DNA of 64,000 nt from Candidatus Fraserbacteria bacterium. GTDB taxonomy: Bacteria; Bipolaricaulota; Bipolaricaulia; RBG-16-55-9. The notes under the pieces were generated by a model, which searched no databases, was not told where the DNA came from, and saw only the letters and a list, made by a program, of their open reading frames with translations. A program made the translations under genes and the position numbers. Position 1 is the stretch's first letter. The number at the start of each line of letters is the position of its first letter. Positions 29,101 to 38,137 of the stretch are shown here, piece by piece. The stretch spans positions 33,814 to 97,813 of the forward strand of contig JBBIPG010000001.1 in NCBI GenBank assembly GCA_037442925.1, written 5' to 3'.

Positions 29101-29588
29101 AAGGCGGCAAGGATATGGCCTTTGTCACGTTGGAGGATGTCAGCGGAGAAGCGGAAGCCGTCGTATTCCCTGCGCAATATGAGCGATATCGTTCCCTGCT
29201 CAAGCGAGATCACCTGCTCTTCATCCAAGGACAACTGGGAAGTCGCAATGGGCGACGGAGCCTGATTGCTGAGGAGATCCTGTCTTTGGAGGAACTCGAC
29301 AAGAAGAGTGAACTTCACGTGTTGCTGCCTGTTGCGGCCGTGGAAGAACCCACTTTGGAAAGACTCCGCGAGACGTTGAGGAAACACGCAGGCCAATCGA
29401 AGGTTTATCTTCATATCATCGAAGGCGAGGCTCATGAGACAGTCGAAGCCGGAGGGAATCTGCATGTTCAACTCTCCCGTTCGCTTCTGGAAGAGTTGCG
29501 AACGATGCTGGGCTCAGATCGGGTCAAGATCCAGATCCGGATGCATGGCCCCGCGATGAAAGACGCACAGATGGCATGGGCAACGTGA
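26139..29588 (+). CDS. dnaE: DNA polymerase III alpha subunit
   Basis: FVHLHVHSEYSLLD (PHP), GRGSAAGS, PDIDIDF, KMDFLGL, OB fold. No intein. Confidence 0.98.
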   Translation: MSFVHLHVHSEYSLLDATCRIDQLLDRAVEFQMPAIALTDHGVLCGAIEFYLKARERGIQPIIGCELYVAPGSRFEKRQTEKYYHLTVLARNATGYRNLLKLTSLGYLEGFYYRPRVDKELLRQYSDGLLALSGCLKSEINTLLLRGDLEAARAAAREFQEIFGHEYFFMELQDHGLEDQRRLRPQLMELARRIGARLVASNDVHFLTRADHEAHEVFINIGSSKSNERRSYGHECYLKSPEEMAQIFPDMPEALETTLYIAELCQLELDLSHRHLPYFELPPSETSADRYLEKLAWEGVQQRYPELTAEIEERLRHELEIIEHMGFASYFLIVQDFIRFAKSRGISVGPGRGSAAGSLVCYALGITDVDPLRYGLIFERFLNPDRIELPDIDIDFCMRRRDEVIRYVEEKYGTDHVAQIVTFDTMAARSAVRDVARAMGISHADADRIAKLIPFGATLEQALSASRELRELGERDERIQRLLEVAGRLEGLVRNPATHAAGVVIAPNEITQYTALMRLSDGAVVTQYDMISVGAIGMLKMDFLGLRNLTVLEDTLKFIRQHMGQKLELRDIPLEDPKTYSLLQQGRTAGVFQLESSGIREMLKRLEPTEFKDVIATLALYRPGPLESGMANDYIERKHGREKISYPHPKLEGILRDTYGLPIYQDQVLMMARVMAGFSLAEADTLRKAIGKKNRALMEKMRQKFIEGCVKNEIAAQKAESLFTDIEKFARYGFVKAHSTAYALISYWTAYLKANYPTFYLAALLTSVAGNSARVREYINECRELGIQLLPPDINESQADFTPREGKTGNAIRFGLGAIKNVGHGPIEAILKARQARPFESFFDFCRRVEADKLNREVLESLVKAGAFCQMGTRKYLLELIPMGMELAGRAHRERRSGQAALFGVGEISPLGNAAPRATVNEEFSKWELLSFEKELLGLYVSGHPLEDYEDRLALYRTCALSAMAEATEGQELQLGGRVENVKIIHTQGGKDMAFVTLEDVSGEAEAVVFPAQYERYRSLLKRDHLLFIQGQLGSRNGRRSLIAEEILSLEELDKKSELHVLLPVAAVEEPTLERLRETLRKHAGQSKVYLHIIEGEAHETVEAGGNLHVQLSRSLLEELRTMLGSDRVKIQIRMHGPAMKDAQMAWAT

Positions 29589-30904
29589 ACAGGCGTGTGC
29601 TGCGGCAAGTGGCCAAATGGCTCTACCCCGGCATGGGTGTGAAGCGCTGGGCACTGGTCATTGGACTCTCGGCGCTCTTGCTGATCGTGGGTCTGATAGG
29701 ACTGATCGGCAGGGAGAATCTGCGGATGATTTCTGGACTCTTCTCCGGCTCCGGCCTGGCGCTCTATGCTCTCATTGCCGGATTAAGCATCGTCGGTCTG
29801 GGTGGAGTCATCTTGGGAGTCAATCAACTCGTGCGCTCGATCATACGGGGCATCTCGCCGGAGTTTGAAGGAAGAGCCTCGGAAGTGATCTACAGCAAGC
29901 GGCTGTTGAGTCGAGGTCCTCACATTGTAGCCGTCGGCGGAGGCACGGGCCTCTCGACCTTGCTCCGTGGCGTAAAGCACTTGACGTCAAATATCACGGC
30001 GATCGTCACGGTCATGGATGACGGAGGGAGTTCGGGAAGACTCAGGCGGGAGATGAACATCCTGCCCCCAGGCGACATACGTAACTGCCTGATCGCACTG
30101 GCGGAAGACGAATCGAAGATGGCCCAGCTCTTTCAGCATCGCTTTCGCACAGGCGGGGGAAGCGCTCTCAACGGCCACTCTCTGGGGAACTTGGTGTTGG
30201 CTGGCCTACAGGAGATGACAGGCTCCTTCGATCGTGCCATCGAAGAACTCAGCTCACTGCTTAACGTGCGTGGACAAGTGCTGCCAGCCACCCTGGAAGA
30301 CGTTCAACTCGTGGCGGAGCTGGCCGATGGTTCGCTGGCCCGAGGAGAGTTCGACATAGTCCAAACGAAGAAGGGCATCGTTCGGATGTCGCTGTCACAA
30401 CCCCGAGTTCGCCCTTACCCCAAGGTGCTTGCAGCGATCCGTTCGGCCGATCTCATCATTCTGGGTCCAGGGAGCCTGTTTACGAGCCTCATCCCCAATT
30501 TGCTTGTGGATGAGGTCGCCCGCGAGATCGAGTTGTCTCGAGCCATCAAATTCCATATCGCGAATCTCATGACCCAGCCCGGCGAGACCGAGGGGTTCAC
30601 ATTGAAGGACCATTTGCGGGTCCTCAACGACTACATCGACCTGACCACGTTCGACTGTGTGGTGGTGAATCGAGAAGCGATTCCCCAAGACTTGCAAGAG
30701 CGCTATCGCCTGGAGAAAGCCTCGCCTGTATGGAACGATCTGGATGCTGTAAACGAGTATGCCCTTGAGGTCGTCGAGAGCGACTTGCTGGATATTGTAG
30801 AGCTTGAGGGAAAGCTCACCGTGAAGCACCACCCTCAGAAGTTGTCGCAAGTCATTGCGCGCTGTGCTAAGCAGGCATTCGCGGAGCGGCTAAGAAGATT
30901 CTAA
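29576..30904 (+). CDS. yvcK: YvcK/GlmR (CofD-related) protein with N-terminal TM helices
   Basis: GGGTGL, DDGGSSGRLR, PPGDIRNC, GHSLGNL, GPGSLFTS, MTQPGET. Confidence 0.92.
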   Translation: MGNVNRRVLRQVAKWLYPGMGVKRWALVIGLSALLLIVGLIGLIGRENLRMISGLFSGSGLALYALIAGLSIVGLGGVILGVNQLVRSIIRGISPEFEGRASEVIYSKRLLSRGPHIVAVGGGTGLSTLLRGVKHLTSNITAIVTVMDDGGSSGRLRREMNILPPGDIRNCLIALAEDESKMAQLFQHRFRTGGGSALNGHSLGNLVLAGLQEMTGSFDRAIEELSSLLNVRGQVLPATLEDVQLVAELADGSLARGEFDIVQTKKGIVRMSLSQPRVRPYPKVLAAIRSADLIILGPGSLFTSLIPNLLVDEVAREIELSRAIKFHIANLMTQPGETEGFTLKDHLRVLNDYIDLTTFDCVVVNREAIPQDLQERYRLEKASPVWNDLDAVNEYALEVVESDLLDIVELEGKLTVKHHPQKLSQVIARCAKQAFAERLRRF

Positions 30905-30918
30905 GAAGAGGAGGCACC

Positions 30919-32073
30919 GTGAAACGCTACAAGCTGATGATTCCTGGCCCGATTGAACTGGAGCCCGAGATATTGGCGGAGATGGGCAAGCCTCTGGTTG
31001 CTCACTACGGCGAGGAATGGACCGACTTTTTTAACCAGACCGTTGAGCTGATGAAGAGAGTCATGCTGGCACAACGCGCGGATCTCTATCTCATCGTTGG
31101 ACCAGGGAGTGCTGCCCTGGATACAGCCATCGGCAACACGATTGCCGATGGCAAGAGTATTCTGATCGCGGCGAACGGTCATTTCGGCAAGAGACTGCAC
31201 GAGATCGCAACCTCGTATACGTCTCCGGAGCGGGTACATCTCGTCGAGGCTCCACTTGGGCAGGCCATCGATCCGCCGCGCATCGAAGACGCATTGAGGA
31301 AAGCAAGAGATGTGAGGGTTGCCGCGATCGTCCACAGTGAGACGTCGACAGGTGTGCTCAACCCCCTGCGCGAGATCGCCGAGATCTGCAATAGATACGA
31401 CGTAATTCTGATCGTGGATACCATCTCCTCACTGGGCGGAGTCGAATTCCGCTTCGACGAGTGGAATATTGGCATCTGTGTCAGTTCCACCCAAAAGTGC
31501 CTCGAGGTACCTCCTGGATTGGCTCCCATCGCGATCAGCCCGCAGGCCTGGGAACTCATCCGCAAGACAAAGAAACCCGGCTGGTATCTCAACTTGCAAA
31601 CCTGGAAACGCTTCACCGAAGAGTGGGGAGACTGGCACCCACATCCGGTGACCATGCCCTCTGGACTCCTGCAAGCCCTGCATCTCAGCCTGCGCAGCAT
31701 TCTCCATGAGGGCCTGGAGGCACGCTGGGAACGTCACAAGAGTGTGTCGCTTTTCTTCCGTCGTGGTGTAGAGAATTTGGGATTCGAGTTCGTTGCCGCC
31801 GAACCGTATCGCTCTCCCACGGTATCGGCCGTCTGGGTTCACAAGCCCTTGGTGGCGGGGAAGCTCCTCCAATCTCTTAAAGATCGGCATGGCATTGCGA
31901 TCGCTGGCGGATTGGACGAACTGAAGGGGAAGATCTTCCGAGTAGGGCACATGGGTCCGACAGCGCGTCGGACAGCTGTTTTACCTGTCCTGTTTGCCTT
32001 GGAAGAGGCACTTCGGGACGCTGGAGTTAAGATTCCATCCGGCCAGAGCCTTCAGGCCCTAGAAACTGCGTGA
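30919..32073 (+). CDS. Class V PLP aminotransferase (alanine-glyoxylate/serine-pyruvate type)
   Basis: LMIPGP, HSETSTG, VDTISS, STQKCL (PLP Lys), FRVGHMG. Confidence 0.9.
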   Translation: MKRYKLMIPGPIELEPEILAEMGKPLVAHYGEEWTDFFNQTVELMKRVMLAQRADLYLIVGPGSAALDTAIGNTIADGKSILIAANGHFGKRLHEIATSYTSPERVHLVEAPLGQAIDPPRIEDALRKARDVRVAAIVHSETSTGVLNPLREIAEICNRYDVILIVDTISSLGGVEFRFDEWNIGICVSSTQKCLEVPPGLAPIAISPQAWELIRKTKKPGWYLNLQTWKRFTEEWGDWHPHPVTMPSGLLQALHLSLRSILHEGLEARWERHKSVSLFFRRGVENLGFEFVAAEPYRSPTVSAVWVHKPLVAGKLLQSLKDRHGIAIAGGLDELKGKIFRVGHMGPTARRTAVLPVLFALEEALRDAGVKIPSGQSLQALETA

Positions 32074-32098
32074 AGAGCCTGCTATAATTCTCGCATCC

Positions 32099-32186
32099 GG
32101 AGGGATGTCCGAATGGCTAAGGAGCCGGTCTCGAAAACCGGTACGGCCGCAAGGCCCTCGGGGTTCGAGTCCCCGTCCCTCCGCCA
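32099..32186 (+). tRNA. tRNA-Ser (anticodon CGA)
   Basis: Acceptor GGAGGGA/TCCCTCC-G-CCA, anticodon arm CCGGT-CTCGAAA-ACCGG, long variable arm, T arm CGGGG-TTCGAGT-CCCCG; TATAAT at 32083. Confidence 0.97.
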
Positions 32187-32188
32187 AC

Positions 32189-33229
32189 TCAGCTCAGTTG
32201 GATGTCTTCCTCTTGGATGAGGCTCTCGAAGTGTTCCAGGCGCTTGCGCAGTGGTCCGTGGGCCAGTTTTTCGAGCGTTTCTTTCTCGATTTGACGAATC
32301 CGTTCCCGACTGAGATCGAACAGCTCGCCGACGCGCTCGAGCGTCATCGGCTGATGGCCTTCGCGGAGTCCAAAGCGGTATTCCAAGATGAGGCGCTCAC
32401 GTTCGGTGAGTTCATCCAGGGCATCGTAGAGTTCTTCCACCGAGAGCTCTTGAAGCGCCTTGCGCAACGCCGAACTCTCTTCCGCCCATATGAAGTCGCC
32501 TAAGACGCTCTCTTCTTCATCACCAACCGGTTCCTCAAAGGAACGCGTGTACGGGGTGATCTTCCTTGCCCGTTCGATCTCTTCGTGTGGCATCTTGAGC
32601 ATGGCCGCAAGCTCTTCGGAGGTCGGAGGCATACCGTGGTTCTGGACGTATTCTTCCTCTGCCTTGTAGATCTTGCGCATGAGTTCCAGCATGTGTGTCG
32701 GGATGCGAATGGTGCGGGCTTTGTCCGCAATGGCACGGGTGATAGCCTGCCGAATCCACCAGGTGGCATAGGTGCTGAACTTATAGCCCTTGGTGTAATC
32801 GAACTTCTCAATGGCTTTCATCAGCCCGATGTTGCCCTCTTGAATGAGGTCCAGTAGAGGCAAGCCTGAGCCCTTGTGTCGCTTCGCGATGGAGACTACG
32901 AGACGCAAGTTGGCCAGAGCCAGTTGCTGTCGGGCCTTCTCCTCACCGCGTGCCACACGCTTGGCCAGTTTGACCTCTTCCTCTCGGGTAAGTAGCGGTA
33001 CACGGCCAATCTCCTGAAGGTAGAGCTTGACCAGATCCTCCGAGGCATTGGCTTCCAGCTCCTCATCTTCCATAAGGCTTTCCTCCTGGTCTGAAATCAA
33101 GGAAGCCGGCTCAGGTATTTCATCTTCCTGTAGCTCCTCTTCGACCTCCAGTGTGGCTGTGGGGGGCATTCGCTTGCTGCTCTTCTCTTGTGGGCGGGGT
33201 TTCCGCTTTCTTAGGGTTGCGCTTCTCAT
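32189..33229 (-). CDS. RpoD/SigA-like sigma-70 factor
   Basis: [56 protein letters not shown]. Confidence 0.95.
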   Translation of the reverse strand: MRSATLRKRKPRPQEKSSKRMPPTATLEVEEELQEDEIPEPASLISDQEESLMEDEELEANASEDLVKLYLQEIGRVPLLTREEEVKLAKRVARGEEKARQQLALANLRLVVSIAKRHKGSGLPLLDLIQEGNIGLMKAIEKFDYTKGYKFSTYATWWIRQAITRAIADKARTIRIPTHMLELMRKIYKAEEEYVQNHGMPPTSEELAAMLKMPHEEIERARKITPYTRSFEEPVGDEEESVLGDFIWAEESSALRKALQELSVEELYDALDELTERERLILEYRFGLREGHQPMTLERVGELFDLSRERIRQIEKETLEKLAHGPLRKRLEHFESLIQEEDIQLS

Positions 33230-33349
33230 AGTGCTCTCCTATGCTGATCAAACAAAACTCAGCCTTTGGCTCTTCTCATAGAGCCAAAGACGTACCGATC
33301 CTTCTCATGCTTGCTATGTACACAAGCCGGATTAGCCAAGAGATAATTT

Positions 33350-33378
33350 ATTATAACTCCAAGTTCTGCTGTTGTCAA
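33350..33378 (-). promoter_or_regulatory. Consensus sigma70 promoter of the sigma gene
   Basis: TTGACA (33378-33373), 17 nt, TATAAT (33355-33350); its -35 overlaps the -35 (TTGTCA) of the divergent promoter whose -10 is TAGAAT at 33396-33401. Confidence 0.75.
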
Positions 33379-33407
33379 TAGGTCTGGACATGGCATAGAA
33401 TGGGTGC

Positions 33408-34001
33408 ATGAGCACTCGACTGCGGCGGCTGATCCACAGACTACAAGGTCAGACCTCCTACTACCAATACTACGCGACGGTGCACTCTGCCACATGCGAA
33501 GCCTGTCTTGGCCATCACGGCAAGATCTATTCCGACCTTAGCCCAGCACCCCAGGTCCCCCTGCACCCAGATTGCCGCTGTACACTGTTGGAATTCCCAG
33601 CGGAAGAACTGGAATCATACCAAGAGCGGGGACTGCGCATGAAAAAGAAGGCAGAGAGAGAGCTTCGGAGGAGGAGACTCTTCCACCAAGCGTGTAAGGT
33701 GCTGAGTCGTTCCTCTGACGAAGCTTTCGCTCTCTTTGAACAATCCGCTCAACTGGATCTCTATCTGGAGGAGATCGAGTCTTTGTGTCGCCTTGAGAAA
33801 GATACCCTACGAGCATCGCCGGAGCTGGCTCTAAGACTTCGGGATCTCTTCCTACAAGCCTACAAGAGCAAGTTCGACGGCGAGAAGTATCAACCCATGC
33901 CGGAGGGCATGAAATCCGCGCAACGCATGCATGGGCTATACCTCATCCAAACACTGTTCCAAACGTACACAACGCATTCAGGAGGTGCTTCCTCATGTTG
34001 A
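33408..34001 (+). CDS. Hypothetical protein with MuF-like Cys/His motif
   Basis: TCEACLGHHG..PLHPDCRC followed by a helical region. Confidence 0.7.
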   Translation: MSTRLRRLIHRLQGQTSYYQYYATVHSATCEACLGHHGKIYSDLSPAPQVPLHPDCRCTLLEFPAEELESYQERGLRMKKKAERELRRRRLFHQACKVLSRSSDEAFALFEQSAQLDLYLEEIESLCRLEKDTLRASPELALRLRDLFLQAYKSKFDGEKYQPMPEGMKSAQRMHGLYLIQTLFQTYTTHSGGASSC

Positions 34002-34348
34002 CGCGCTCCGATGGGGTTGTAGTGCTGGGGATGGCCTCTCTGATGGCGCTCCTTCTGGGAACAAACCTACTTCTATCTCACGCCCTGCCGCAGTCAACTT
34101 TACTGACTGGTTACGGGCTCACATTCAAGGACCAGAGCTTCTCGCTCGACATCAATCGCGCCTCGGTAGCAGAACTGATGGAGCTCCCAGGGATTGGCCC
34201 TGCTCTGGCCGAGCGCATCGTGCGCTATCGCTTTCTGCATGGCCCCTTCCGCTCCGTGGAGGAACTCCTAGAGATCCCAGGCATCGGACCGCAGATCCTG
34301 GAGGGTCTACGCCAAAGGGTTCGCGTCTGTCCTCCCACTGCGTGCTGA
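33995..34348 (+). CDS. ComEA-like helix-hairpin-helix DNA-binding protein
   Basis: N-terminal TM; DINRAS..EL.ELPGIGP.LAERIV.YR..GPF....L.EIPGIGP. Confidence 0.88.
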   Translation: MLTRSDGVVVLGMASLMALLLGTNLLLSHALPQSTLLTGYGLTFKDQSFSLDINRASVAELMELPGIGPALAERIVRYRFLHGPFRSVEELLEIPGIGPQILEGLRQRVRVCPPTAC

Positions 34349-34349
34349 T

Positions 34350-35342
34350 CTACAAGGCCAAAGCTAGCCGCACGATCAGCCAAGCTAGGAATGCACAGGC
34401 CGGAAGCGTCAATGTCCAGGCCAAGATGATGTTGACCCCAATCCCCCAACGCACGGCCGAAAGCCGCTTGGAAGCCCCCACTCCCATGACCGCCGCGCTG
34501 ATCACGTGAGTCGTGCTGATCGGCAAGTGCAGGTATGAATTCGCCAAGATCACCGCTCCTGCTGTCGCTTCTGCTGCGAATCCATGGATGGGCCTAAGAT
34601 GCGTCAGACGCATGCCCAGCGTCTTCACAATCCGCCAGCCTCCGACCGCTGTGCCCAACCCCATGGCCAAGGCCGCACTGAGGATGATCCACAGCGGCAC
34701 AGGCGTGTTCGCGGGCATCTGATAGAAGCTCACGACAGCCATGGTCATGATCCCCATGGTCTTTTGCGCATCGTTGCTGCCGTGGCTGAAAGCCATGAAA
34801 CTCGCCGAGAGCACCTGAAGCGATTTGAAGAGCCCATGGACGCGCGCAGGTGTCGTGCGACGGAAGAGCCACAAGAGTATCACCATCAGAGAGAAAGCGA
34901 CGATGAAACCGACCAGCGGCGAGAAGACAATCGCCTGGATCACTTTCCAGATCTCGCTCCAATGGATGGCAGATTGCCCCGATGTTGCGATGACCGCTCC
35001 CACCAGGGCAGCCATGATGGCATGGCTCGAACTACTGGGAATCCCAAAATACCATGTGATCAAGTCCCAGATGATGGCAGCCCCCAAGGCGGCCAGGAGT
35101 GTCGCCTGGGTAATCGACGCGGGATCGGCGATCTTGTAGGCAATGAATTGGGCCACGCCTGTGCTAGTGAAAGCCCCTAGAATGTTGAGCGTCGCTGCCA
35201 ACAGCACGGCCGTACGCGGGGTCAGCACCCGCGTCGATACCGAAGTGGCGATGGCGTTCGCGGCATCGTGAAAGCCATTGACGAAGTCAAAGAGGAGCGA
35301 CATGAGTATGACCAAGACGAGTAAGAAGAAGAGTTCCGCCAT
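34350..35342 (-). CDS. PiT-family inorganic phosphate transporter
   Basis: NGFHDAANAIAT, PSSSSH, HGSNDAQK, PISTTH. Confidence 0.95.
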   Translation of the reverse strand: MAELFFLLVLVILMSLLFDFVNGFHDAANAIATSVSTRVLTPRTAVLLAATLNILGAFTSTGVAQFIAYKIADPASITQATLLAALGAAIIWDLITWYFGIPSSSSHAIMAALVGAVIATSGQSAIHWSEIWKVIQAIVFSPLVGFIVAFSLMVILLWLFRRTTPARVHGLFKSLQVLSASFMAFSHGSNDAQKTMGIMTMAVVSFYQMPANTPVPLWIILSAALAMGLGTAVGGWRIVKTLGMRLTHLRPIHGFAAEATAGAVILANSYLHLPISTTHVISAAVMGVGASKRLSAVRWGIGVNIILAWTLTLPACAFLAWLIVRLALAL

Positions 35343-35345
35343 GGC

Positions 35346-35969
35346 CTATGCGTGTTTGAGCACTACGCTCTCCAAGATGTTGGCGACATCTTCGCAGCGG
35401 TCGGTGGCTTCTTCTAGTAGAGCATAGATCTCATTCCACTTGATCACGGCTAGGGGATCGCGTTCTTGCTCGAAAAGCTGAGCAATGGCTTGCCGATTGA
35501 GTTGATCGGCCATTCCCTCGATGCGTTTGATTTCGATGCAATGCTTGTAAATGATCTCGTTTCCTTTCGCACCCAAAAGGGCCACCCCGCGGCAGATCTC
35601 CTCCATGGCTTGATGGATCAGCCGTGCTAACTCTTGGGCCTCTGGAGTAGGCTGCGGGATCTTAAAGATCACCAGGCGATCCGCTACGGCCTCGATGAGA
35701 TCCACAACATCGTCAATCACGTGCGCGAGCGTGTGGATGTCTTCCCGATCCAAAGGCGTAACGAATGTCTGATCGAGTTTTCGGATGAGTTCATGGGTGA
35801 TTTCATCCCCTTGGTGTTCGAGGTCTTTGATCCGTAACGCCACGGTTTGAGGTGATTTGTACTCTACCATCAGCCGGACGAGTTGATGGGAGCTGGCACA
35901 GCCGTTCTCGGCTGCTCTTTGCAACAGATCGAAGAAACGCTCATCTCTTGGAAAGATGCCGCGCCACAT
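35346..35969 (-). CDS. DUF47 (PhoU-like Pit accessory) protein
   Basis: EHQGDEITH, TFVTPLDREDI, LEEATDRCED; start set at ATG 35969 after AAGGGG. Confidence 0.92.
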   Translation of the reverse strand: MWRGIFPRDERFFDLLQRAAENGCASSHQLVRLMVEYKSPQTVALRIKDLEHQGDEITHELIRKLDQTFVTPLDREDIHTLAHVIDDVVDLIEAVADRLVIFKIPQPTPEAQELARLIHQAMEEICRGVALLGAKGNEIIYKHCIEIKRIEGMADQLNRQAIAQLFEQERDPLAVIKWNEIYALLEEATDRCEDVANILESVVLKHA

Positions 35970-36166
35970 CGTACCCCCTTTAGCATTCTTCTTGATCGCG
36001 GTGGACTGAGCTAGGAGGTTGGACAAGGACATTATAGCAGAGTCCGCCCCAAGGCGAAATTTTTGCCGTTCCAGGCAGTGGCGTGTTATACTGAGTGCTA
36101 CAAAGGCGCCACCATTCGAACACGATCTGCAGGACCATGAAACGAGAGACACAGGAGGGATAGTTT

Positions 36167-38137
36167 GTGGGGGAAGTGCGCACGATCTGCCTGGTAGGTC
36201 ACTCCGGTTCCGGTAAGACAGCCTTGGTAGACGCCATCGTCCGGGCAGGTGGCGGCACAGCAGCTCTTGATGCGAGCCCGGAGGCCAAAGCACGAGGCGG
36301 TTCCGTCGATATGAACTTCGCTTGCTATCAGAAGGGTGACCAACTGTGCTATTTCTTGGATGCGCCTGGCTTTGGCGAGTTCATCGAAGAGATCTATAAG
36401 GGACTGTGGGTGGCAGAGACCGCCGTGCTGGTAGTCAACGCGGAGAAGGGCATTGAAGTCCAAACGGAGCGGGCGTGGCGGTTGATAGAAGAGTTCAAGA
36501 AACCCGCACTGACCGTCATACATCGATCGGACCTGCCCAACGCGGATTTCTCCAAGGTGGTCTCGGAGCTACGTGAGCGCCTTCAAGTCAACTTCGCCCC
36601 CCTCCAATGGCCGATCCACTCCGACGGGAAATTCAGCGGCGTCATCGATCTCATCGAACAGAAGGCCATCTATTTCGACGGACACTCCGGGCCTATTCCA
36701 AAGGAGTTGGCGGATACCGTGGCCTCGGGGCGAGAGGCACTTCTCGAAGCTCTAGCCGAAGTGAATGACGAGCTACTCACCCACTTTCTCGAAGACCAAG
36801 CGATCCCCGTCGAAGAGATCCAGCAGGCCCTCCAAGAGGGGGTCAAGAAACGCGCTGTGGTGCCTGTGCTGGCCAGCTCCATTCACGAGGCAAAATCCAT
36901 TGAGCTTCTCACTCACATCCTCTTGACTGCCACGCCTTCATCCAACGAAATCCATCCCGCTGGGGGGGATCTCCTCGGGCTGGTCTTCAATGTGGCCTCT
37001 GACCAGTATTTGGGGTCGATGGCCTTTGTCAAGCTCTACAGTGGGACCATCAAAGAAGGCGACAACTTCCTCAATGTGAGACAGGGAATCAAGGAGCGCG
37101 TGCGTGAGATCTTGCGGCCGTCGGGCGATAAACCGCAGAAAATACACGAAGCCGGTCCGGGTGAAGTGATCATTCTCACGAAATTAGGCAGTTTCTCCTT
37201 AGGAGATACATTGGCCGCACAAGAAGGGACAGACCCTCTACCCATGATCAGCTTCCCCAAGCCCGTCTTCCCTCGAGCCATCGAACCCCTGACGCAGGCG
37301 GACGAAGAGAAGATGAGCACCGCGCTACGAGAGCTTGTCCACACCAAGGCCACCCTGACCGTGTGGCGGGATGATGTGACGAAAGAGACCATCTTCTCCG
37401 GTGTGGGTGACACACAACTCAACGTAATGGTAGATCGCCTGAGGAACCGATACGGGACGGGCGTTCGACTGATCCGTCCGCGGGTGCCCTATAAGGAAAC
37501 GATCACCAAGGTCGCTCAAGGTCAGTACAAACACAAGAAGCAGACCGGAGGTCGCGGTCAATATGGCGAAGTACACCTGAGAGTTGAACCGCTCGAACGC
37601 GGCAAGGGGTTTGAGTTTGTCGACGAGGTCAAGGGTGGGGTCATTCCCAATCAATTCATCCCAGCTGTCGAGAAGGGTGTGGTGGAAGCCTCACAAGAGG
37701 GGGTGTACAAGTACCCCTTGACGGATCTGCGAGTCGCGGTCTTCTACGGGAGCCACCACGAGGTGGACTCCTCGGAAATCGCCTTTAAGATCGCGGGCTC
37801 TCAGGCGTTCAAGCTTGCCGTACAGAACGCGCATCCGGTGCTTCTGGAACCGTTGATGAAACTCACCATCCACTCCCCGAGGGAGTTCACGGGGGACATC
37901 ATGAGTAGTCTCTCCGGCAAGCGCGGTCGGATTCTGGGCATGGAGCCGGAAGGGAAGGATTTTGAACGCATTGAGGCAGAGGTCCCTCTGGCAGAAGTGC
38001 AGGATTATGCGCTGGAACTTAAGAGCATTACCCAAGGGCGAGCCAGCTTCCAGCTGGAATTTGTGCGGTATCAGCCCGTGACTTCGGACAAGCTCACGGA
38101 GGACCTCCTCAAGCGTGAGCGGCGAGACGGACAGTGA
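36167..38137 (+). CDS. Elongation factor G paralog (EF-G2-like)
   Basis: GHSGSGKT, DAPG, KKQTGGRGQYG, GSHHEVDSSEIAFK, LLEP; G motifs divergent. Confidence 0.9.
   Translation: MGEVRTICLVGHSGSGKTALVDAIVRAGGGTAALDASPEAKARGGSVDMNFACYQKGDQLCYFLDAPGFGEFIEEIYKGLWVAETAVLVVNAEKGIEVQTERAWRLIEEFKKPALTVIHRSDLPNADFSKVVSELRERLQVNFAPLQWPIHSDGKFSGVIDLIEQKAIYFDGHSGPIPKELADTVASGREALLEALAEVNDELLTHFLEDQAIPVEEIQQALQEGVKKRAVVPVLASSIHEAKSIELLTHILLTATPSSNEIHPAGGDLLGLVFNVASDQYLGSMAFVKLYSGTIKEGDNFLNVRQGIKERVREILRPSGDKPQKIHEAGPGEVIILTKLGSFSLGDTLAAQEGTDPLPMISFPKPVFPRAIEPLTQADEEKMSTALRELVHTKATLTVWRDDVTKETIFSGVGDTQLNVMVDRLRNRYGTGVRLIRPRVPYKETITKVAQGQYKHKKQTGGRGQYGEVHLRVEPLERGKGFEFVDEVKGGVIPNQFIPAVEKGVVEASQEGVYKYPLTDLRVAVFYGSHHEVDSSEIAFKIAGSQAFKLAVQNAHPVLLEPLMKLTIHSPREFTGDIMSSLSGKRGRILGMEPEGKDFERIEAEVPLAEVQDYALELKSITQGRASFQLEFVRYQPVTSDKLTEDLLKRERRDGQ

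Noticed and set aside
26139..29588. Intein or split dnaE
   Set aside because: Normal length and continuous motifs; no intein-like insertion.
36095..36190. c-di-GMP riboswitch-like ACCATTCGAA and a 10-nt repeat CACGATCTGC (36121, 36181)
   Set aside because: The remaining aptamer elements are missing; a single 10-mer repeat is plausible by chance.
35970..36293. N-terminal extension of the DUF47 ORF in the track (315 aa)
   Set aside because: It overlaps the EF-G paralog and the divergent promoter region; an SD supports the ATG at 35969.
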